Source: Spirochaetia bacterium | GTDB lineage: Bacteria; Spirochaetota; Spirochaetia; SZUA-6; Bin103 | Assembly (NCBI GenBank): GCA_965203905.1 | Contig: CBDBDQ010000005.1 | Location: 2,752,001-2,816,000 of the forward strand | Direction of reading: 5' to 3' | Length of the DNA: 64,000 bases | In this document: piece after piece, positions 18,158 through 29,200 of the stretch | Position numbering within the stretch: position 1 is the first letter of the stretch | Layout of the letters: each line of letters begins with the position of its first letter | The notes under the pieces: model-generated | The model's database searches: none | What the model saw: the letters and a program-made list of their open reading frames with translations, nothing else | Told to the model about the DNA's origin: nothing | Position numbers and translations under genes: made by a program

Positions 18158-19936
18158 CTACGAAGTCCGGCGCGGGCGGCGTACCAGGCGGCCGGGGAGC
18201 GCGCCGGTCAGCTCGTCCTGCTCCAGCACGATCTCGCCGCCGCAGATGGTGTAATCGTAGCCCACCGGGCGCTGCATGAACCGCTTGGCGTTCTCCGGCA
18301 GGTCGTAGACGATGTGCGGCGCCGGCCATGACAGGCGCGCGAAGTCGATGACGTTGACGTCGGCGCGCATGCCGGGCTGCAGCAGGCCGCGGTCGAGCAG
18401 CCCGTACACCTCCGCCGGACCGCGCGTCTGCTTGTTCACGATCGTCTCCAGCGCGACCTTGCCGCCGCGGGTGCGGTCGCGCCCCCAGAACGCCAGGTTC
18501 CAGCTCGGCATGTGCGCGTCGCAGATGGCGCCGACGTGGGCGCCGGCGTCGCTCAGCCCGTTGCGGGTGATCGGATGGCGCATCATCTCGGCCATGTACT
18601 CCAGGTTGCCCTGCGAGTAGCCTTCCAGGTAGTGGATCAGCATGGTCTGGCCGCGGTCGGCCGTGAGCAGGTCGTAGAACGCCTGGGGGGCCGGGATGCC
18701 GTGCTTGCCGGCGTAGGCGGCGACGCTCGCCGACGCGTCCGGCTCGTAGTCGGGCGGATCGCCGAGCACGTAGACTTTCGCGGGATTGGAGATGATCCGC
18801 TCCAGCAACCAGGGCAGGCGGCTGCCCGGCGTGGTGTCGTCGACGAACGTGTTGTCGTCGGGCCCGACCTCGCCATACTTGTTGCCGGGCTTCAGGCGCA
18901 CGTCGTTGGTCAGGTCCCAGTCGCTGGCGAGAATCCGTGCTCGCACCTCGGGGTCGCGCATCTTGCGCAGCCGCTCCGCCATCGGCAGCGAGCCGGCCAG
19001 CTCCCGGTACGCGTAGTTGAGCAGGTACGGATGTAGCGATGCCTCCAGGTTCATGATGATCATGGTGCCGCGGCCGCGCACCTGGGGATACACCCGCCAG
19101 CCGTTGGCGTACGCCTTCTCCTCCAGCGGGTCCAGCGATTCGCGCCCGCCTTCGCCCATGAGGTAGGTCACGCTGATGCCGGCCATCCGGGCCAGGGAGT
19201 AGAGCCACTCGCGCTCGAACGGCCCTACGAACTGCAGCACGCCGCCACCGGCCTCGACCGCGCCCTTGGCGATCGCCTCGATCTCGGGATAGCGGGCCAG
19301 GGTGCCGGGTATCAACTCGCCCGCCTTGGTGCGGTGCGCCAGCAGGCGGTTGCTGGAGACGCCGAACGCGCCCGCCTCGATCCCCTGGCGTACGATGCGG
19401 GTCATCTCGACCAGCTCGGCGTCGGTCGGCTGAATGTCCTCGGCGCCGCGCTCGCCCATCACGTAGGTGCGTAACGCGCAGTGCGGAAGCTGGGTCAGGA
19501 CGTCCATCACGCGTGGCTGGTGGTCGATCGCTTCCAGGTATTCGGGAAACGTCTCCCAGGCCCACTCCATGCCGGCCGACATCGCGATCGCCGGGATATC
19601 CTCGACCGCGTCCATCAGGTCCATCAGCCAGTCGCGATCCTTGGGATGCACTGGGGCGAAACCGACGCCGCAGTTGCCCATCACGATGGTGGTCACGCCG
19701 TTCCAGCAGGAGGGCGTAAGGTAGGGATCCCACGACACCTGCGCATCGAAGTGGGTGTGCATGTCGATCCAGCCCGGCGTTACCAGCTTGCCGGTGGCGT
19801 CGAGCTCGCGCCGGGCGGGCCCGACGTCCGCCCCGACGGCCGCGATCCTGTCGCCGTCGATCCCGACGTCCCCCCGAAACTCCGGCCCGCCGCTGCCGTC
19901 GATGACGCGGCCGTTGCGAATCGCCAAGTCGTGCAT
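18158..19936 (-). CDS. N-acyl-D-amino-acid deacylase (amidohydrolase)
   Basis: PGWIDMHTHFD, GVTTIVMGNCGVGFAP, SDAGAH, ADVNVID. Confidence 0.92.
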   Translation of the reverse strand: MHDLAIRNGRVIDGSGGPEFRGDVGIDGDRIAAVGADVGPARRELDATGKLVTPGWIDMHTHFDAQVSWDPYLTPSCWNGVTTIVMGNCGVGFAPVHPKDRDWLMDLMDAVEDIPAIAMSAGMEWAWETFPEYLEAIDHQPRVMDVLTQLPHCALRTYVMGERGAEDIQPTDAELVEMTRIVRQGIEAGAFGVSSNRLLAHRTKAGELIPGTLARYPEIEAIAKGAVEAGGGVLQFVGPFEREWLYSLARMAGISVTYLMGEGGRESLDPLEEKAYANGWRVYPQVRGRGTMIIMNLEASLHPYLLNYAYRELAGSLPMAERLRKMRDPEVRARILASDWDLTNDVRLKPGNKYGEVGPDDNTFVDDTTPGSRLPWLLERIISNPAKVYVLGDPPDYEPDASASVAAYAGKHGIPAPQAFYDLLTADRGQTMLIHYLEGYSQGNLEYMAEMMRHPITRNGLSDAGAHVGAICDAHMPSWNLAFWGRDRTRGGKVALETIVNKQTRGPAEVYGLLDRGLLQPGMRADVNVIDFARLSWPAPHIVYDLPENAKRFMQRPVGYDYTICGGEIVLEQDELTGALPGRLVRRPRRTS

Positions 19937-20029
19937 GGTTGCCCCCGCGCGCCGGGTCGGATGCCCGCGCCACGCTGCCGGTGCGACGTTATCCCCGCGC
20001 CACCCCGGCGTCAAGGTGGAGTCGCGGCG

Positions 20030-21076
20030 TCACTCGCCGTTCGCGGCGATGGCGATCTTGAGGGCGTCGCGGCCGTCCAGCCGGTAATTGCTGTCCAGGG
20101 CGTGAAAGCCGTCGGCGACCCGCTCCAGCGGGATGACGTGGCTCACGAACCCCTCGAACAGCGAGGCGTACTGTTGGAGCAGCGCGAGCGAGCGCACGAA
20201 GTGGGGGCCTTCGAAGCCCCAGGCAGCCTCCAGGCGCAGATTCTTGCGCATCAGCATCTGATTGGGGTTGCACTCGAAGGTGCCGGTGTCCACGAAGTGG
20301 CCGAACTCGACGTAGGTGCCGCCGTACCGCAGGTAGTCGAGTCCCTCGGGAATCGCGGCCAGGAAACCGGCGCACTCGCACACCACGTCGGCGCCGGCTC
20401 GGCGCGGCGTGCTGTCGCGCACGATGCGCTTGCGTTCCTCGGCGTCCGGCACCTCGTCGATGTCGATCACCAGATCCGCGCCGAGCCGCTCGGCGAACTC
20501 CAGGCGCCCGGCGGGTCCGCCGACCGCGATCAGCCGTCCGGCACCGGCGCGCCTGGTCCAGGCGATCGCCAGCAGGCCGATCGGTCCGGTGCCCTGAATC
20601 ACCACGGTGTCGCCGAGTTGGATGCGGGCGCGGGACACGCAGTGGTAGGAGCAGGCGGACGGCTCGGTGAGCACGGCGATCGCGGCCGGCAGGTCGGTTT
20701 TCAGGAACACGTTCCGGGAATCCCAGAGATAGAGATACTGGCCGAAGCCGCCGCGCAGAGGAGGCACCCGGTCTGCGGGCTGAAATCCCACGCCCAGGTG
20801 CGGGGAGACCACCACCCGGTCGCCGGCCCGTACCGGATTCCCGGCGGCGTCTTCGCTGACTCCGGCGCCGAGCGCAGCGAGCGTGCCGACGTTCTCGTGG
20901 CCGAGGATGATGTCGAAGCCGAGGCGCTGAAACTGCCAGTTGTGCAGGTCGGTGCCGCAGATACCGCCCAACTCCTGCTTGACCAGGACCCGCCCCGGTT
21001 CCACCTCAGGAACCGGATACTCGCGAATCTCGAACTCCCTGCCGGTCATCACGCTGGCGCGTGCCGTCTTTCCCAT
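20030..21076 (-). CDS. Zn-dependent alcohol dehydrogenase (MDR)
   Basis: GICGTD, LGHE, GTGPIG; lacks the four-Cys structural Zn loop. Confidence 0.9.
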   Translation of the reverse strand: MGKTARASVMTGREFEIREYPVPEVEPGRVLVKQELGGICGTDLHNWQFQRLGFDIILGHENVGTLAALGAGVSEDAAGNPVRAGDRVVVSPHLGVGFQPADRVPPLRGGFGQYLYLWDSRNVFLKTDLPAAIAVLTEPSACSYHCVSRARIQLGDTVVIQGTGPIGLLAIAWTRRAGAGRLIAVGGPAGRLEFAERLGADLVIDIDEVPDAEERKRIVRDSTPRRAGADVVCECAGFLAAIPEGLDYLRYGGTYVEFGHFVDTGTFECNPNQMLMRKNLRLEAAWGFEGPHFVRSLALLQQYASLFEGFVSHVIPLERVADGFHALDSNYRLDGRDALKIAIAANGE

Positions 21077-21195
21077 CGCTGACCTCCCTCAGATCGCCTG
21101 ACCTTGGTGTTGCCGGCAAGTAACGCAGCCGCCGGCCAACCCGTCAAGCGGCGCTGCGGGCAGTGTCGGGCAGTGGACGACTACACGCCACCCGT

Positions 21196-21261
21196 GTATC
21201 GTGAATGTTTCGATGGGAGGATGGCCATGCCTACGAGGTCCGCGTCGAAGACTATCACTAG
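21196..21261 (+). pseudogene. higB: HigB toxin C-terminal remnant
   Basis: YR-x-MFRWEDGHAYEVRVEDYH* overlaps the higA start; the DYH* ending is typical of HigB. Confidence 0.75.
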
Positions 21262-21529
21262 AGATCCGAGTTGGCTCGGGCCGGCCGTTTCCCCCGGCGA
21301 GATGCTGCTTGAGGAGTTCATCAAGCCGCTCGGGCTGCGTCAAACCGATGCGGCGAAGCAGATGGGGATTTCGTTGAACCGGCTGAACGAAGTGGTGCGA
21401 GGGCGGCGGCGCATCACCGCCGACACGGCAATAAGGTTGGCGGACCTGCTGCGGACCTCGCCGCAGTTCTGGATGCGGCTCCAGGCGGACTGGGACCTGC
21501 ACGAAGCCCTGGAGCGCAGCGCGTCCTAG
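21227..21529 (+). CDS. higA: HigA-family antitoxin (XRE HTH)
   Basis: PGEMLLEEFIKPLGL, RRITADTAIRL, SPQFWMRLQADWDL; GGGAGG Shine-Dalgarno. Confidence 0.92.
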   Translation: MPTRSASKTITRDPSWLGPAVSPGEMLLEEFIKPLGLRQTDAAKQMGISLNRLNEVVRGRRRITADTAIRLADLLRTSPQFWMRLQADWDLHEALERSAS

Positions 21530-21589
21530 CACGCCGGACGTGCGTGCGCTGAAAGCACGCCCGGAAGGGACTACACTCTGGGCACCATC

Positions 21590-22108
21590 ATGACTGTGAA
21601 GGGAAACCAGGTTCGCTCCGGCTGGACCGGGCGATTTTACGAGGACCTCGCCGTGGGCGACGTGTACCGCAGCCGGTGGGGACATACCGTGACCGAGGCC
21701 GACAACGCGCTGTTCACCCACCTGACCCACAACACCAACCCGCTGCACTTCGACGCCCGTTACGCAGCCGGCTCGCGGTGGGGCAGGATTCTGGTCAACA
21801 GCAGCTTCACGCTGGCGCTGGTCACCGGCATGAGCGTCAATGACGTCACCGAGCACGCGATGGCCAACCTGGGATGGGAGGAGATCAAGCTGCCGAATCC
21901 GGTGTTCCTGGGCGATACCCTGTACTGCGAGACCGAGATCCTGGCGCGGCGGGACTCGAAGTCCTACCCGGAGGCGGGCATCGTGCGGTTCCGGTCGCGC
22001 GGCATCAACCAGAACGGCGACGTGGTGCTCGACTACACCCGCAGCGCGATGATCTACCGGCGGGCTGCCGCGCCACGGGTGCCGTTCCCGGAACCGAACG
22101 GGCGCTGA
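21590..22108 (+). CDS. MaoC-family (R)-specific acyl-CoA hydratase, RipB/Ich-like
   Basis: GRFYEDL, TVTEADN, NPLHFD, PVFLGDTL. Confidence 0.88.
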   Translation: MTVKGNQVRSGWTGRFYEDLAVGDVYRSRWGHTVTEADNALFTHLTHNTNPLHFDARYAAGSRWGRILVNSSFTLALVTGMSVNDVTEHAMANLGWEEIKLPNPVFLGDTLYCETEILARRDSKSYPEAGIVRFRSRGINQNGDVVLDYTRSAMIYRRAAAPRVPFPEPNGR

Positions 22109-22118
22109 CGCGGCAGCC

Positions 22119-23402
22119 GTGAAACCGCTGGCAGGGCTGCGTCTGATCGACCTGTCCACGGTCCTGGCGGGCCCCTACTCGGGCTCGCTGCTGGCCGACC
22201 TGGGCGCCGACGTGATCAAGGTGGAGCCGCCGGCCGGCGACGCCGCCCGCGCCCTGGTCACCGAAGAGGGTCTTGCGCCCCATTTTCTCACCAACCAGCG
22301 CAACAAGCGCGGCATCGTGATCGACCTCAAGCATCCCGCCGGCAAGGCGGCGTTCGACGACCTGGTACGGTGGGCGGACGTGGTGCTGGAGAACTACCGC
22401 CCCGGCGTCACGGCGCGCCTGGGCATCGACTACCCGGCGCTGGCGGCGCTCAACCCACGCATCATCATGTGCTCCATCACCGGCTACGGGCTCACCGGGC
22501 CGGGCAGGGATCGCGCCGCGTTCGACGCCAACATCCAGGCCTACGCCGGCATCATGGGCTTGACCGGCGACCCGGACGGGATGCCGGTACGGGCGGCGCC
22601 GGCGTACGCCGATCTGTGCGCGGGCATGGCGGGCGCGCTGGGGATCCTGGCCGCGGTGGTGGCGCGCGAGCGCACCGGACGCGGCCAGCACGTCGACTTG
22701 GCGATGTTCGACGTGCAGCTCTCGATGCAGAACTACTACTGCACCATGGAGCTGGCGTCGGTCCGGCCGCCGCGGCGGCTCGGCAACGAGCATGAGCTGC
22801 ACGTGCCCTACAATGCGTACCCCACGGCCAGCGGACCACTGTGCGTGACGGTGGTGACCGACGCGCAGTGGAGCGGCCTGCTGCGCGCGCTCGGGCGGTT
22901 CGACCATCCGGCCGAGGTGCGGGCACACCTGGAGCTGTTGGCGGATGGCCGGCTGCGCCGGCGCGGCAACCGGATCGCGGATCGAGGGCCGATCAACGCG
23001 GCGCTGAGGGCCATCCTCGCCACGCGCCCGCGCGAGGTGTGGATGGAAACGCTGGCCGCCGAACGGCTGCCCTTCGCGCCCGTCAACACGCTGGCTGAGG
23101 CGCTGGCCGACCCGCAGGCGGCGGCGCGTGACATGGTGGCCCGCATACCGCTGCCGGACGGCGGCACCTGCCCGGCGCCCGGCAACCCGATCAAGCTGTC
23201 GGACGCCGGACCTGACACCTTTGCGCCGCCGCCGTCGCTCGGGCAGCACACCCGGCAGGTGCTGGCCGACGTGCTGGGCTACGACGAAGCTCGCATCGCC
23301 GGCCTGCTGAAGTCGGGCGCGTTCACCGCGACCGCGGACCGGCGTGCTCCCGGCGGCGCAGCCACCGGCCCCGGCGCGGCGTCCCCCGGCACCGGGGCCT
23401 GA
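22119..23402 (+). CDS. CaiB/BaiF family III CoA-transferase
   Basis: LADLGADVIKVEPP, NQRNKR, DVVLENYRPG, SITGYG. Confidence 0.93.
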   Translation: MKPLAGLRLIDLSTVLAGPYSGSLLADLGADVIKVEPPAGDAARALVTEEGLAPHFLTNQRNKRGIVIDLKHPAGKAAFDDLVRWADVVLENYRPGVTARLGIDYPALAALNPRIIMCSITGYGLTGPGRDRAAFDANIQAYAGIMGLTGDPDGMPVRAAPAYADLCAGMAGALGILAAVVARERTGRGQHVDLAMFDVQLSMQNYYCTMELASVRPPRRLGNEHELHVPYNAYPTASGPLCVTVVTDAQWSGLLRALGRFDHPAEVRAHLELLADGRLRRRGNRIADRGPINAALRAILATRPREVWMETLAAERLPFAPVNTLAEALADPQAAARDMVARIPLPDGGTCPAPGNPIKLSDAGPDTFAPPPSLGQHTRQVLADVLGYDEARIAGLLKSGAFTATADRRAPGGAATGPGAASPGTGA

Positions 23403-23405
23403 CCG

Positions 23406-24305
23406 ATGGTGCTGCCGGCGCGGTCGCTGCTGTTCGTCCCCGCCAACCGGCCCGACCGCTACGCCAAGGCGGCGGCCGCGGGGGCGGACAAGGTGATCAT
23501 CGACCTGGAGGACTCGGTGCCGGCCGACCAGCGCGCCGCGGCGCGCGAGATGATCGCCCCCGCGCTGCCGGAGGTGCCGCGCGAACGGTTGCTGGTGCGG
23601 GTCAATCCGACTGCCGACCCGGATCACGCCGCCGACCTCGACGCGGTGCCGCTGGCGGCGGTGGGCGGGCTGATGGTGCCGAAGCTGGAGCACGCCGCCG
23701 AGCTGCGCGGCCTGGCCGGCGAGCTGGGGCGCCGGGAGGCGGCGGCCGGCCTGGCCGTGGGTTCGACGTTCCTGGTGGTGCTGATCGAGACCGCACGCGG
23801 CGTGCGCGATGCCGACGCACTGCTGGAGGCGGCCGCCGGTCTCGGCCGCGACTGCCTCGCCGCGTTCGGGGCGCTGGACTACGGCGTGGAGGTGGGCACC
23901 GAGGCGTCCGGCGTCGAGCCGGAGCTGCTGTATCCGCGCGCGCGGTTAACGGTCGCCGCCGCCGCTGCCGGCCTGGAGCCGCCCATCGATTCGCCGAGCA
24001 CCCACCTGCGCGATCCCGACCCGGTCCGCGCGGAGGCGCTGGCGGCGCGCCGGCTCGGGTTCCAGGGCAAGCTGTGCGTGCACCCGCTCCAGGTCGGCCC
24101 CTGCAACGAAGTGTTCACCCCGCCGCCGGCGGCGGTGGCCGCCGCGCGCGCCGTGGTCGACGCCTACGATGCGGCGCAGGCCGCCGGGCGCGGCGCCGTG
24201 GCGCTGGACGGCCGCATGATCGACATGCCGGTAGTAAGGCGGGCGCAACGCACGCTCACCCTGGCGCGTCGCCTGCACCAGGCCCACTCCGCCGGCAATG
24301 CGTGA
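23406..24305 (+). CDS. CitE-family CoA-ester lyase (citramalyl-/malyl-CoA lyase-like)
   Basis: RSLLFVPANRP, IIDLEDSV, IETARG, GFQGKLCVHP. Confidence 0.92.
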   Translation: MVLPARSLLFVPANRPDRYAKAAAAGADKVIIDLEDSVPADQRAAAREMIAPALPEVPRERLLVRVNPTADPDHAADLDAVPLAAVGGLMVPKLEHAAELRGLAGELGRREAAAGLAVGSTFLVVLIETARGVRDADALLEAAAGLGRDCLAAFGALDYGVEVGTEASGVEPELLYPRARLTVAAAAAGLEPPIDSPSTHLRDPDPVRAEALAARRLGFQGKLCVHPLQVGPCNEVFTPPPAAVAAARAVVDAYDAAQAAGRGAVALDGRMIDMPVVRRAQRTLTLARRLHQAHSAGNA

Positions 24306-24379
24306 GCGCCGCTGAGCCCGCGGCGGTTACCGGATGCGACAGTCGTAGTCCGCGATCCTGGAGTCGTCGGTCACCAGTG

Positions 24380-25111
24380 TCACGTCGTTCCGGTGATGAA
24401 GGACAGGACCTGGTCCATCCAGCCATTGAGCGTGCGGTACTTGGCCGGTTCCGCGGCCAGGATGCGCTGCTCGGACTGGACGTACATCGACGGCACCAGC
24501 TCGGCGCGGCAGTTCTCGACCAGCGCGCGGGCGCCGTCCGCGGTGGTGTCGAGGTGAAACTGCATACCGATCACCGATGCGCCGAGCTGGAACGCCTGGT
24601 TCAGCGCTCCGTTGCTGCGCGCCAGGCGAACCGCTCCTTCCGGCAGGTCGAACGTGTCGCCATGCCAGTGGAACACCTCCAGGAACGGCGGAAAGCGGAA
24701 CCTGGCCGGCTGCTCCGCATCCGCATCGCGGTCACCGCCGTCGTCGCCGGTGGCGGGTGCCACGCCCTGGATCGGCAGCCAGCCGATCTCCTTGACCTTG
24801 TTGGGGTACACCGCCGCTCCGCAGGCGCTGGCAATGAGCTGCGCGCCCAGGCACACGCCCAGCACCGGCCGCCCCAACTCGATCGCGGCGCGGATGAACC
24901 GCTTCTCCGCCACCAGCCACGGATGCTCGCCTTCGTCGTTGACGCTCATCGGGCCGCCCATCGCCACCACGAGGTCCACTTCGGCGGGTGGCGGCAGCTC
25001 GGTCGAGTCGTAGAACCGCGTCGCCGTCACCTGGTACCCGGCGCGATGCAGCCAGGACTCGATGCTGCCCAGCCCTTCGAACGGAACGTGTTGCAGATAA
25101 TGCGCGCGCAC
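24380..25111 (-). CDS. Type 1 glutamine amidotransferase, stand-alone
   Basis: LQHVPFEG, MGGPMS, GVCLGAQL, HWHGDTF, QFHLD (Asp in place of the usual Glu). Confidence 0.9.
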   Translation of the reverse strand: MRAHYLQHVPFEGLGSIESWLHRAGYQVTATRFYDSTELPPPAEVDLVVAMGGPMSVNDEGEHPWLVAEKRFIRAAIELGRPVLGVCLGAQLIASACGAAVYPNKVKEIGWLPIQGVAPATGDDGGDRDADAEQPARFRFPPFLEVFHWHGDTFDLPEGAVRLARSNGALNQAFQLGASVIGMQFHLDTTADGARALVENCRAELVPSMYVQSEQRILAAEPAKYRTLNGWMDQVLSFITGTT

Positions 25112-25138
25112 GGATCACCTCGGGTATTGGAAACTTGC

Positions 25139-25260
25139 AACCGCCGCGGCGGCCCTGGCGTCATAGTAACCCGGAACGCGGTACGCTGGCGCCGATGGCT
25201 GCGCAGGCGAACCCGGCAATACGCGAGCGTCTCGCGTCGACGCCGGGCCACGAAGAGGAC
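25139..25260 (+). repeat. Diverged direct repeat of 25608..25755 (promoter and 5' end of a uma2 paralog)
   Basis: CAACCGCCGCG...CATA(G/A)TA...ATGGCTG(C/T)GCAG; translates MAAQANPAIRER versus MAVQVDQATRER. Confidence 0.65.
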
Positions 25261-25322
25261 AGCACCTCAATGCGGTGTAGATACAGTAGCGGCGAGGTGT
25301 TGCTGATGATGATGTCAACCAT
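25260..25322 (-). pseudogene. DUF3368 (PIN) toxin N-terminal remnant
   Basis: MVDIIISNTSPLLYLHRIEVL, then breaks into the repeat. Confidence 0.75.
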
Positions 25323-25566
25323 GCCCTCGTTCCAGGTCCGACAACTCAGATTCAAGCGGAAAGACCTGATAACGAGCAAGCTGCAGCAGAAACTCTACAC
25401 GAACCATTCCCGCCAGTTCGGCTGCTCGACCCGACGACAACCGGCTGAGCTCGAACAGCTTGACTGCCGCGAGCATGCGCAGTTCGCGGGCGAACAGGCG
25501 TTCATCGGTCTTCTCGGCCAGGAGTACACTCTCGGGAACGTCGATTGCGATCTTGCGTGTTGCCAC
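25315..25566 (-). CDS. UPF0175-family antitoxin
   Basis: ELRMLAAVKLFELSRLSSGRAAELAGM; Shine-Dalgarno before GTG. Confidence 0.85.
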   Translation of the reverse strand: MATRKIAIDVPESVLLAEKTDERLFARELRMLAAVKLFELSRLSSGRAAELAGMVRVEFLLQLARYQVFPLESELSDLERGHG

Positions 25567-25690
25567 GGTGGTGTTCCTCTCCATGACTATCGCATAGATC
25601 GCCCCTCAACCGCCGCGCCGGGGCTGCCGCCGCGAACCGCCAGGGCAGGCACGGCGCCATAATAGCCTGGAATGTCGTGTGGTGGTGTCA

Positions 25691-26102
25691 ATGGCTGTGC
25701 AGGTGGACCAGGCAACACGCGAGCGTTTCTCGCCGGCGCTGGGCACGGAGAGGAACGTGCCGCGGGCAAGCCGTTGCCGTTGGAGAACGGCGACCGGCTC
25801 TCGCGCGCCGAGTTCGAACGGCGCTATACCGCTCGGCCGGACGAACCGCAACCCCACGCGTTGCTTCGTATCGTCCCGGCGGCGAGTACCGACCGCTGGC
25901 CGCGACCGCGGGCGGCATGCTCGAGAGCCGCGTGTTTCCCGGCCTGCGCCTGGCGGTCGATGCGCTGCTGCAAGGTGACATCGCCGGGGTACTTGCCGAG
26001 TTGCGAAACGGTCTGAGCATCCCGGAGCACGCCGAGTCTGTCGAGCACCTGCGGGCAGCGGAGACGGCCGCGAAGGAAGATTCCCGAGGTGGTAGCGACT
26101 GA
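25691..26102 (+). pseudogene. Uma2-family endonuclease with its catalytic core deleted
   Basis: N-terminal PLENGDRLSRAEFERRY and C-terminal ESRVFPGLRLAVDALLQGD...PEH lie in different frames. Confidence 0.8.
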
Positions 26103-26239
26103 GGCGGACGCCGCCGGTAGTTGTGCACCCAGTCTCGAAGTGTCGATGCGACCTTGCCGACTCTGAGTTCACCGGACTACGCATTTTTCTGGTCACCATG
26201 TCTCGCAGCCACTGACTCCGCCACCGATAATGGGCTCGT

Positions 26240-29200
26240 ATGTTGCGTCCGAATCCGGCAGTCGAGCGGTGGCGAGATGGCGAACGGGTCGGGCCGCGCT
26301 TGGCGGCGCATCAGCTTGCCGGCCTGCTCTCCATCGACCTTGAGGGCAGCGAGAACATCCACGCGATCGGTGCGATACGCACCGACCGTTCCACGACCTT
26401 CACCTGGCGCGGCGACAGCAATGGACTACCCGCGGCCCTGGCAGCTCTGGAGGAATTCTCCGAAGGAGCCTCGTATCTGGTCGGGCACAACATCATCGAG
26501 CACGATCTCGAGCTTCTCGCCAAGCATGCGTCCCGCCTCGAACTGCTCCACTTGGCCGCCATCGACACGCTCTACCTCAGCCCTCTGGCATTCCCCGAGA
26601 ACCCCTACCATCACCTCGTCAAGCAGTATCAGGAACCTGCACTGGCGAGGGCGCAGGTAAACGATCCCCTCCTGGATGCCGAGCTGACACTGGAGCTGTT
26701 CGCCGACATCGCCGATGCACTGAAGTCGGCTGACGAAGACCTGCTGCTCGCCTGGCACGCCCTGCTTTCCGCCGGCGTCAAGGGACACGCCTTCGACCAC
26801 GTCTTCCGCACCGTCCGTGCCGCCGAAGCAACGCCAAGCGTCGCAGATGCGATTCCGGCAATCATGGACCGCCTTCGAGAACGCGGGTGCGCGAACCAGG
26901 CCGCCCATATTGCCAACGCCGCACCCTCGCATCCTCTCGCCCTCACGTATCTGTTGGCATGGCTGCCGGCTGCAGGAGGCAACTCCATCATTCCTCCCTA
27001 CGTCGAAAAGCGATTTGGACCGGGCACCCTGGCAACGAAGCTCCGCGATACGCGCTGCGGAGACCGAAACTGCTCCTGGTGCGCGGAGCATCTCGACCCT
27101 GAGAAGGCGCTGCAGCGATGGTTCGGTTTCGAGGCATTCCGCGATCGGCCTCAGAGTCGAGACGGCGAGAGCCTGCAGCGTTCCATTACCGAGAAACACC
27201 TTGCCCGCGCGCAGGTACTCGGGATTCTTCCCACCGGAACCGGAAAGTCGCTCTGCTATCAGCTCCCGGCGCTGATGCGCTACGCAGCAACCGGGGCGCT
27301 CACCGTGGTGATTTCTCCGTTGGTGGCGTTGATGGCCGATCAGGTCACGGCGATGCGGCGCCAGGGCGTCGTCTGCGCCACCACGATCAACGGCCTCATA
27401 TCCATGCCGGAACGTGCCGAAGCGCTTGCCCACATCCGTCTCGGTGACGCCGGTATCGTCCTGGTCGCTCCGGAGCAGCTTCGCAATCGTTCGTTCAGGA
27501 AGGCGATCGCGGGCCGCCGCATCGGCGCGTGGGTCGTGGACGAGGCGCACTGCCTCTCGAAATGGGGACATGATTTCCGCCCCGACTATCGCTACGTCGC
27601 GCGTTACATCGCCGAGCACCACGGAGAGGATTCCGCGCCCATCCTCTGCCTGACCGCCACCGCCAAGCACGACGTCGTCGCCGACATCGTTCAGCACTTC
27701 GAACGGACGCTGCAGTCTCGGCTCGAAGTCGTCGACGGTGGAGCGGAACGCACCAATCTCGAATTCGTGGTGATGCCGACTTCGGCTTCGCAACGCATCG
27801 AGCACATCCATCGGGCACTCGAAGACGCACTTGAGAGAGAACGCTCGGGAGGCGCCATCGTCTACTGCACGACCAGGCGGAGCACCGAGGAGACCGCGCA
27901 GGCGCTCGCCGCCAGAGGACTGGTCGCGCAACACTTTCACTCCGGTCTCTCGCCGGAGCGAAAGCGCGAGATCCAGCGCGGCTTCCACGACGGCGACATC
28001 GACGTCGTGGTCGCCACCAACGCCTTCGGCATGGGAATCGACAAACCGACCGTGCGCGCGGTGGTTCACGCCGAGATTCCGGGCTCCCTCGAGAGCTACC
28101 TCCAGGAAGCCGGCAGGGCGGGAAGAGATGGCGCGCCGGCGCACTGCCTGCTGCTGTTCGAGCCCGACGACACCGAACGGCAGTTCTCACTCACCGCCGG
28201 CTCGCGGTTGGAGCGGCGCGACATCCAGGCCGTGCTGCGTGCGATACGCCGTCTCGACGCGCGCCGCCGGCGCCACCACGCGGACACCGAGGACGCGGTG
28301 GTCGCGACCTCGGGGGAAATCCTGCTGCAGGACGACGACGGCGAATTCTCGCGCGACAGCGTCACGGACGACGACCGGGTGCGTACCGCCATCGCGTGGT
28401 TGGAGGAATCGAGGCTCGCGCGACGCGACGAGAACCACACGAGTGTCTTTCCCTCGTCCTTGCGTCTCCCGAGCCTGGCGGCCGCACGCGAACGCATCGA
28501 GCGTGAGGGCAACCGGCGCAACATTCGAAGCGATGTCCGGGCGCAGATGCTGCGCGTCGTCCAGACCCTGGCGCACGCAGACCCGGACACCGGTGTGTCC
28601 ACCGACGAGTTGATGAACGAATGCGGCTGCTCGCTGCAGCAGCTTCGCAAGATCTTCAGCACGCTGGAGCAAATCGGCGTCGCATCGAACGACATGCGCA
28701 TCACCGTGTATGTCCATGTGGGAGTTGGGAACGCCTCCACACGACGCCTTGCGCTTGCACAGGAGCTGGAGCAGGCGCTCATCGCAGAGCTTCGCGAGGA
28801 AGCGCCGGACCAGGAAGTCGATACCTGGACCCTTCTCGCGCTCCGGCTCCTGGCGCAGCGGCTTCGGCAGAAGGAGATCAGCAACCCGCTGCCCGAGCGG
28901 CTGGTCAGGCTTCTGCGCAGCATCTCCTCGGACGGCCGCGACGAACCGGACGCGAAACGAAGCATCGAAATCCGTGCCCGCGACATGGAAACCATCGGGG
29001 TTCGGCTGCGGCGGAACTGGGCGGGCATCGAACGTATCGCCCGACTTCGCCGGGACGGTGCGGCGCGGCTGCTCGAACATCTGATCGGAAAGGTGCCCGA
29101 GAACGTTCGTGGCGTCGATCTGCTGGTGGAAACCACCTACGGCGCGCTCGAACAGGCCATCAAGGCCGACCTGGTGTTGAGGTCGCAGTTGAAGAACCAG

